Positions 57,915 through 64,000 of a DNA stretch of 64,000 nt are shown here, piece by piece. This DNA is from Nanobdellota archaeon. Lineage in GTDB: Archaea > Nanobdellota > Nanobdellia > Parvarchaeales > Parvarchaeaceae. The stretch spans positions 32,655-96,654 of the forward strand of contig JAJYWD010000001.1 in the NCBI GenBank assembly GCA_021791655.1. Reading direction: 5' to 3'. The position numbers and the translations under genes were made by a program. Positions within the stretch are counted from its first letter, which is position 1, and each line of letters starts with the position of its first letter. A model generated the notes under the pieces. That model was not told where the DNA came from and ran no database searches. It worked only from the letters and a program-made list of their open reading frames with translations.

Positions 57915-59486
57915 TCAGCTTAGCGCCACCCCCACCATCTTTGCATAGGCCGGTCTGGTTATCAACAAACCAACAAGCGACGCCAGTATTGTCGTCAGTG
58001 CAAAGCCGGTGAACAGGCTGGCCGTTGAGAAGAACAATGGAAACATGATCGCCGCAAAGGATAGGAATGATACCGTGATTATGAAAAAGGCCCTCTGTAT
58101 TCTTTTCTTTACACTCGCGCCCTCCGCTATGGTTGAGCCCCTGCGTATCTCATCGGTTATTATTATCTGGTCATCCACTGATATACCTACGCTTGCTATT
58201 ATACCGGCTATGCTAGGTATATCAAGTGTCCAGTGTATGAGAGCAGCTAAGCCTATGACCACGAATATCTCCGCTGCACTCGTCATGAGTATCATCGCTG
58301 ATATCTTGTAATTTCTGTACCTAAGGAATATCACTATGCTGGTTACAACGAAGGCGGACAAAAGCAGTATGTAAATCTGGCCTATGAACTGTGTACCTTC
58401 GACCGGCGAAACCGAATTTATTGAGACTATCTTTACGGCTATAGGCAGGCTGCCGCTCTCCAGTATGGCCTGCAGTGTCTTCATATTATTATACGCCTGC
58501 TGGTAAGTTGCGCCGTAACCCTGTATCTGTATCACTTGCTGTACTTGTCCCTTAAGGTTTGAATTGACCTGCAGGGACGACACCTGTTTGTTGTTTAGGA
58601 AAAGCAATATCGGATGCTTAAGGTAGCCGTTGACAATCGGAATCGTCTTTGTTGCGTTCGCAAACGTTTCTGCTGCAAGTTTGCTTATCTGTATGCCAAA
58701 ATCGAATTGGTACCCGCCGTTCGATTGCGTGGGCGGCTGAAGCCCTCCGTACGGACAACTGGAGGTAAGACACACGTTAAGTATGCCCTCGTTAGGGTTA
58801 CTATTGTTTATTACTGTAACGTTGTTTATCTGTGCGTAGAAAGAGCCCTGGTTGTTTACCAGTGAGAAAGCCTCGGCTTCGCTCACGCTGGGCATGCTGA
58901 CCTGCACGAACGAACTGCCGGACACTGTTTGTATGGAGTTTACAGAGATGCCGCTTATGCCGTATGTGTTAAGCCTTGCGTTTAGTATGGTCTGTATCTG
59001 CGATATATCGGTACTGTTGTAGTGTGTGGAATTGGGTGCCAGCAGTATCTGCGTACCGCCTATTATGTCGAGTCCGTAATTTAGGTTTGAGCTTGGGACG
59101 TCCTGCACCTGTATGTAAGTGGAGTTTATCGGCGCCGCGCCGGATACCGGCACTTTTACCTGCTGAGGTACGAATATGTACGGAAATATCTGGTTGCTGT
59201 AGCTTATGGTTATTGTCGAGTTCGGGAGTGCGGTCCGGTTTAGCACGGAATAGAACTGCTGCGCATTTTGTGTGCTCAGCCCATTTATCGATGTTATTAC
59301 TGAACCAACTCCCAGCGTTGTAGCACCGTTTGCGCTGAGGTTTCCGAGCAGAGAATAAGGAGATAGGTATATGATTTCTGCACCCCCTATGCCGAAGTTG
59401 GGTTCTATCGCCAGGAACGCTATTATGAGTGTGGCTATGAGCACCAAGATCCTCCAATCTTTAAGCACGCTTTTCGGGTTTTCCAT
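57915..59486 (-). CDS. secD: Protein translocase subunit SecD
   Basis: LNYGLD..GGT, RLN..G.S, L.SG.LP, LD...IAGII...G..VDDQIIITDE and GFALTT..G..ITRPAY; ATG 59486. Confidence 0.92.
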   Translation of the reverse strand: MENPKSVLKDWRILVLIATLIIAFLAIEPNFGIGGAEIIYLSPYSLLGNLSANGATTLGVGSVITSINGLSTQNAQQFYSVLNRTALPNSTITISYSNQIFPYIFVPQQVKVPVSGAAPINSTYIQVQDVPSSNLNYGLDIIGGTQILLAPNSTHYNSTDISQIQTILNARLNTYGISGISVNSIQTVSGSSFVQVSMPSVSEAEAFSLVNNQGSFYAQINNVTVINNSNPNEGILNVCLTSSCPYGGLQPPTQSNGGYQFDFGIQISKLAAETFANATKTIPIVNGYLKHPILLFLNNKQVSSLQVNSNLKGQVQQVIQIQGYGATYQQAYNNMKTLQAILESGSLPIAVKIVSINSVSPVEGTQFIGQIYILLLSAFVVTSIVIFLRYRNYKISAMILMTSAAEIFVVIGLAALIHWTLDIPSIAGIIASVGISVDDQIIITDEIRRGSTIAEGASVKKRIQRAFFIITVSFLSFAAIMFPLFFSTASLFTGFALTTILASLVGLLITRPAYAKMVGVALS

Positions 59487-59487
59487 A

Positions 59488-60414
59488 TCACCGCGTAGCC
59501 TGATGCGGCTCTTCAGAATAGTGCATGGCTGCCAATTGTATGGATCCATTCAGTATCCATACGGTGAAATCGTCGAATATCACGCCGATTATGAGTATGA
59601 TTGCTATACTCTGTATAGTCGTATTGGTGGTGCCCAAGAACAGGACTATGAACGTAAGCAGCGCTGCAGCGTCCATCGTCAGCGATGTCTTTATGGTATG
59701 GGACAGACGGTATTTTACGCTCGCTTCTTTTCTTTTCAGGATGTTGGTGGCAAGTATTATGTTCCTATCCGCGGAATATCCCATTAGCATAAGTATCCCC
59801 GCTATGGAAGCGGTAGAGAACGAAATGGCGAGAAGATCCATGACCCCTATGACGTTTATTACGTCGCTTATTATGCTTATGACATTGGAAAAAGACTGTG
59901 CAGGGTTTCTGAAGTAGAACAGTGATACGAACGCCACCAGTATGAATGCGGCGCCGAGGAGTATGAATGAGTCATATATAGAGTTCTGAGCTATTGCCGG
60001 GCTGACAAAGTTTATGTTGGAATTCGTACTGGTCACTGGTGCTAGGAACGATGACACCGTGCTGTTTAGCGCCCGGGTTGTGGAGTTCTTTGCGGTTATT
60101 GTATAGCCTATTATGTTATTCGAGAACTGGGAGTGGAGGACCGCCACGCTGACCTCCGTCTTAAGGCTTGACGCCAGTTCGTTTGTCAGCGTCTGCACAT
60201 TGACGCTCTTGTTTGTGTTTATTGTGAGGGAAATCCCTCCGGACAGTGAGATGTCCTCGTTAACAGGAGTGCCGTGCTGTAAGTAATAAGTCGCGATTAT
60301 GCCCCCGAATACGACCACCAGTGCTATGGGTAAGAACACCATCTTCTTGTAGTGCCTTACGTAGAAAGCTACAAACTCCTCTATGCGTGAATTAACAGCG
60401 CTCTTTACGCCCAT
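59488..60414 (-). CDS. secF: Protein translocase subunit SecF
   Basis: I.L.GG, V.P..., FR.P..S..., IAG.LML.GYS.D.NI.L and D....W..N. Confidence 0.9.
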   Translation of the reverse strand: MGVKSAVNSRIEEFVAFYVRHYKKMVFLPIALVVVFGGIIATYYLQHGTPVNEDISLSGGISLTINTNKSVNVQTLTNELASSLKTEVSVAVLHSQFSNNIIGYTITAKNSTTRALNSTVSSFLAPVTSTNSNINFVSPAIAQNSIYDSFILLGAAFILVAFVSLFYFRNPAQSFSNVISIISDVINVIGVMDLLAISFSTASIAGILMLMGYSADRNIILATNILKRKEASVKYRLSHTIKTSLTMDAAALLTFIVLFLGTTNTTIQSIAIILIIGVIFDDFTVWILNGSIQLAAMHYSEEPHQATR

Positions 60415-60451
60415 AACATTTAAGTATCAAATATACACATAAGGGCGCTAT

Positions 60452-61159
60452 TTAAGAATTTAAGCCTTCTACGATAATCTTCGGACCTTCTCTGGTCGCA
60501 TACTCCTCGCATGCTTCTTCCGGCCATGAAGATGGCATTCCGTCGAAGGCACCTTCAAGCTCTCGGCGTTTCCCGTGGTAATTGTTCCCGCTGTAGCGCC
60601 TTCCAGGGCAGTACTTGAACAGGTCGTCCTTTACCAGCAGAACGGAGCTTGTCTTCATGCCGTACTGTGTTTTAAGTTTGCCTAGTCTTCTTGCAAGTTT
60701 GTATGCACCCGCCTCCGCTTTCGCCTTGTCCATTCTGGTTGTGGATATCGCGATAGAAAACCTTACCTCATCCGCACCGTACAGGATATGATTCAGGTTT
60801 CTGTACGGCAACGCCTCCTCTGCCATGCTAAGTTTCTTCTTTATCTTGTTCGTTCCCAAGCGGAACGTATTTGTCGTCATCGTCCTGACTTCTATAATCT
60901 CGACTATCCTCTTGTTCCCTTCGTTATACCTTATCACGACGTCGGCAGGCCACATCTTCTTTGACTGCATTCTGCCCTTTCCTTTCCCGTTTCTGTAGAA
61001 GTAGAACATGTACTCCATTCTGGCGGCTTCCAGGTCTCTGCGTGATGACTCGTACTTATAAACCGCCATCTGTGTTAGTTTGTGGTATAAGGATGCGCCA
61101 GAAGTAGCTACGTCGTCTATTAGAACTTCCTCTAATCTGCTACGGGCTTTTTGTATCAT
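60452..61159 (-). CDS. Basic hypothetical protein, possible PD-(D/E)xK fold
   Basis: E...PADVVI...IIEVR pattern; start taken at ATG 61159. Confidence 0.5.
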   Translation of the reverse strand: MIQKARSRLEEVLIDDVATSGASLYHKLTQMAVYKYESSRRDLEAARMEYMFYFYRNGKGKGRMQSKKMWPADVVIRYNEGNKRIVEIIEVRTMTTNTFRLGTNKIKKKLSMAEEALPYRNLNHILYGADEVRFSIAISTTRMDKAKAEAGAYKLARRLGKLKTQYGMKTSSVLLVKDDLFKYCPGRRYSGNNYHGKRRELEGAFDGMPSSWPEEACEEYATREGPKIIVEGLNS

Positions 61160-61218
61160 TGGATACAATATGTGATAGAGAGGATATACTATTAATATAT
61201 TATACAGCATCTCTTTCT

Positions 61219-61860
61219 ATGCGCGCGCAGTTCTCATCAGAATTCGTGATAGACGCTTCTATAGTGGTGATAGTGGTCAGTTTTCTACTGCTTTTCTTTA
61301 GTCCGTTGCTAAGCCAGAACACCGGCTCCATTTATCTTTCTTCTGCCTGCACTGAAGTAGCGGATTCTGTCAATACCGTCGCCGACTCAAACGGCGCATC
61401 TGCGATAATATACACCCCGCTGCTTAACGAGACGCCGTTCGGTTATTACAATGTTACCCTATCAAACGGCATAATCACGGTATATTCGAATCTTTCCAGG
61501 TACACCACGCAGCTGGTCTCCTGCGGCGCCGACACTTATAGAACGGGCAGTGAGAGCTTCCTGCTGTCCAATCTCGCTGTTTATTCGTCTGGCAGTACGG
61601 TTGGTGCCGCTTACCTTTACGGCAGCAGCGCAAGTTCCAGTGCGCCGCCCTCGGTGATTTACGGGGGGGGTTTCCAGTCCTCGGTCACCTTGTACTTGAT
61701 CAGCGCTGCCTCTTACATCAAAAACTATTCGGAGTCGCAATCGTTCTCTCAGAGTGTTAGTTCGGAGATCTCGACATTAGCTGATGGCAGTTATGCTTTC
61801 TTAGCAGTGCAGAATAACAATACGCGCATAAGGGTCTTGTTCCCGTTCTCAAAGGGTTAA
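61219..61860 (+). CDS. Class III signal-peptide pilin-like protein
   Basis: MRA|QFSSEFVIDASIVVIVVSFLLLFF; real start at ATG 61219. Confidence 0.8.
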   Translation: MRAQFSSEFVIDASIVVIVVSFLLLFFSPLLSQNTGSIYLSSACTEVADSVNTVADSNGASAIIYTPLLNETPFGYYNVTLSNGIITVYSNLSRYTTQLVSCGADTYRTGSESFLLSNLAVYSSGSTVGAAYLYGSSASSSAPPSVIYGGGFQSSVTLYLISAASYIKNYSESQSFSQSVSSEISTLADGSYAFLAVQNNNTRIRVLFPFSKG

Positions 61861-61934
61861 ACCGGTTTCTTGAGTTATAGTGCATACAATATAAATGATT
61901 GCAATGACTTTTACATCGACAGCAAAAGGATAGG

Positions 61935-61942
61935 TTTAAATA
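61935..61942 (+). promoter_or_regulatory. TATA box of a probably leaderless pilin transcript
   Basis: Purine-rich BRE followed by TTTAAATA, ending 22 nt before ATG 61964. Confidence 0.5.
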
Positions 61943-61963
61943 TGGTAGATCAGTAATTATGAT

Positions 61964-62434
61964 ATGCCAAAAAATGCCCAATCAGCATTAGAGTACATGA
62001 TGACCTATGGCTGGGCGATACTTATCATCGTCATAGTGGCCGCGGTCCTGTACAGTCTAGGCATTTTCAATCCAAGCAGCAGCGCTGGCAATACGGCTAG
62101 CGGCTTTGGCGGCTTTACGGTGCAGCAGGGTGGATTCACGTGCAATTCTACTGGCGTGTTCCTAGCATTAGGAAACTCGCAAGGTACGCAAGTTACAGTG
62201 CTAAACGCAAGTATAACGTCTTCAACTGGTTTGAGTACCCCTACGGGTAGCAATGGTTCTATCAATAAACTTGTAAATCCGCAGAGTACGATTACAATAA
62301 AATTCACATCAAACACCTGTTCCATCACTGGTGCAAGATACAGCGCTAACATACAGATCTATTACAGTACGACTGGAGCTCTAGGCACACAAACACAGCC
62401 GACTACCGGTACAATCTCAGGATCTTCCAGTTGA
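61964..62434 (+). CDS. Class III signal-peptide pilin (major-pilin candidate)
   Basis: MPKNA|QSALEYMMTYGWAILIIVIVAAVLYSLG, S/T-rich beta domain, own TATA box. Confidence 0.88.
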   Translation: MPKNAQSALEYMMTYGWAILIIVIVAAVLYSLGIFNPSSSAGNTASGFGGFTVQQGGFTCNSTGVFLALGNSQGTQVTVLNASITSSTGLSTPTGSNGSINKLVNPQSTITIKFTSNTCSITGARYSANIQIYYSTTGALGTQTQPTTGTISGSSS

Positions 62435-62464
62435 GCAGGTTTTGGCCTTTTTAAGAACGCATTT

Positions 62465-63388
62465 TTACTTAATTATTCCTTTCTCTTCTAGTAATTTTCT
62501 TGTCGATATAGCGGACATGCAGCCCCAGCCAGCAGCGACTACGGCCTGTTTGTACATATGATCCTGCACGTCCCCAGCAGCAAAGACACCCTCCTTGCTA
62601 GTTTTTACATTATCATGTGTTATAATGTAGCCATTTTTGTCGAGATCTAACTGGCCCTTGAACAGTTCTGTGCTCGGGTCGTGTCCTATAGCTACGAACA
62701 GTCCACCGCATCCCTCTGTCTTCTCGTTGCCGGTATCAATGTTACGTAACCTCACGCCAATTACGTTGTTATCACCCATTACATCTGTTACTTCCGAGTT
62801 CCAGATGACCTTTATTTTTTCGTTTTTGAGCACCCTCTCCTGCATTATTTTGCTTGCCTTGAACTCGTTTCTCCTGTGTACTATCTTTACACTCTTTGCA
62901 AATTTGGTGAGGTACAGAGAATCTTCCATTGCGCTGTCACCGCCGCCAACAACAATAACGTCCTTGCCCCTGAACAAGGGTCCATCGCATACAGCACAAC
63001 CGGATACGCCCTTTCCTACAAGCCTTAGTTCGTTCTTCAGCCCCAACCATCTTGCACGTGCGCCCGTCGCGATTATGAGCGTATAAGTCTTGTACTCCGT
63101 GTCTCCTACGAAAATGGAATATGGATATGCCGACAGGTCGACTCTGGTAACGTCATCGTTTAGCATTCTTGTCCCGAGTTGCGAAACTTGGTCATCCATG
63201 GCCTGCATCAGGTCCGGCCCGAGTATCGATTTGAAAGCAGGGAAATTCTCCACCGCAGAGGTCAGCATTAGTTGCCCGCCGTACTCCTTTCCTCTTATTA
63301 ATAACGGGTCTAGGTTATCTCTTGAAGCGTATATCGCAGCAGTGTAGCCCGCGGGCCCGGAGCCTACTATTATAACTTTTTCAACCAT
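62465..63388 (-). CDS. trxB: Thioredoxin reductase
   Basis: GSGPAGYTAAIY, GGQL, CAVCDG, GGGDSA.E, HRR and FAAGDV. Confidence 0.96.
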   Translation of the reverse strand: MVEKVIIVGSGPAGYTAAIYASRDNLDPLLIRGKEYGGQLMLTSAVENFPAFKSILGPDLMQAMDDQVSQLGTRMLNDDVTRVDLSAYPYSIFVGDTEYKTYTLIIATGARARWLGLKNELRLVGKGVSGCAVCDGPLFRGKDVIVVGGGDSAMEDSLYLTKFAKSVKIVHRRNEFKASKIMQERVLKNEKIKVIWNSEVTDVMGDNNVIGVRLRNIDTGNEKTEGCGGLFVAIGHDPSTELFKGQLDLDKNGYIITHDNVKTSKEGVFAAGDVQDHMYKQAVVAAGWGCMSAISTRKLLEEKGIIK

Positions 63389-63522
63389 CAAATTAAAAGC
63401 AGACGCTGACTTAAATAAAATTTGTTTTTAGCATAGCGTGCTGTATTAACTTATTTTTGTAAGTTATCACAGCGCTTTAAAAAGTAAGTATATAATAAAC
63501 AAAATCGCTTTTATCTGATTGT

Positions 63523-63595
63523 GCCCCGATAGTCTAGAGGCCAAGGACATCGCCCTTTCGAGGCGATGACCCGGGTTCGAATCCCGGTCGGGGCA
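63523..63595 (+). tRNA. tRNA-Glu(UUC)
   Basis: GCCCCGA/TCGGGGC acceptor, TCGCC-CTTTCGA-GGCGA anticodon arm, CCGGG-TTCGAAT-CCCGG T arm. Confidence 0.96.
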
Positions 63596-63655
63596 GGCCT
63601 TGATTAGTTAATGTTTCTTGTCGTCTTTAAATTAAGTAAAATTTGAGGTGTGAAT

Positions 63656-64000
63656 ATGAAAGACGATGCGAGAAAAAGAATCTTTGATAATGAAATCAAA
63701 GACATTACAAACGGCTCTGATATCTTAAATATAAACAAGAAGATTCTTTTATAGTTCTTAAACTTCAAGCAAAGCCAAGGCCTCACGTTCAATCGGGTGA
63801 ATCGAATATCCGTGGCCCTTAAACATATCTTTAGAAGCGTCAAGTATAATGTGCGGGCCATAGATTAGAAGAAGGCCCAAGGAATAGTCATAGCCATCAA
63901 TAGCAATTCCAAATGGAAAGACTGGACAAAGAACTCTAATGTAAAAGTCTTCAAGAACTTCCTTCGATGGCTCAACAAAACATATAAGACAACGATAGAT
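63656..64000 (+). pseudogene. N-terminal part of an archaeal tyrosine integrase-like gene with two in-frame TAG codons; runs off the window
   Basis: GAGGTG upstream; MKDD...NKKILL*FLNFKQSQGLT.NR...ID*KKAQGIV.AIN.NSKWKDWTK.....FK.FLRWLN; 60 nt after tRNA-Glu; catalytic domain not visible. Confidence 0.6.

Noticed and set aside
63604..63861. 85-aa minus-strand ORF
   Set aside because: Antisense shadow of the integrase-like fragment.
1..64000. CRISPR arrays, rRNA genes, IS elements
   Set aside because: No regularly spaced repeats, rRNA-like stretch or transposase seen; almost all sequence is explained by CDS and tRNA.

Overview
Gene-dense archaeal chromosome segment. Reduced and divergent housekeeping genes, a fragmented ribosomal operon, many apparently leaderless genes and many class III signal-peptide proteins point to a DPANN (Nanoarchaeota/Parvarchaeota-like) host; this placement is an inference. 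The window holds sucCD, rtcB-archease-thiI, smc, ksgA, a stand-alone nuoJKLMN operon, rpl2-rps19-rpl22-rps3-rpl29, tatD-rnz, two ndk genes plus an ndk pseudogene, dcd, aIF5B, tfb, trm1, GINS-hef, secF-secD, trxB, and four tRNAs (Ser-UGA, Thr-UGU, intron-containing Thr-CGU, Glu-UUC). At the right edge a tRNA-adjacent integrase-like fragment carries two in-frame TAG codons. The most striking feature lies at about 40-62.5 kb: 13 pilin-like genes. These include five 50-61 aa micro-pilins (four absent from the ORF track, one mis-started), four of them tandem and coupled behind a 577-aa soluble protein of unknown function. A convergent operon encodes Cys-rich pilin-like adhesin candidates, and a secFD operon carries a membrane-anchored CxxC thioredoxin-like protein. 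Together these may be an undescribed DPANN surface or host-attachment system. No CRISPR array or rRNA was seen.
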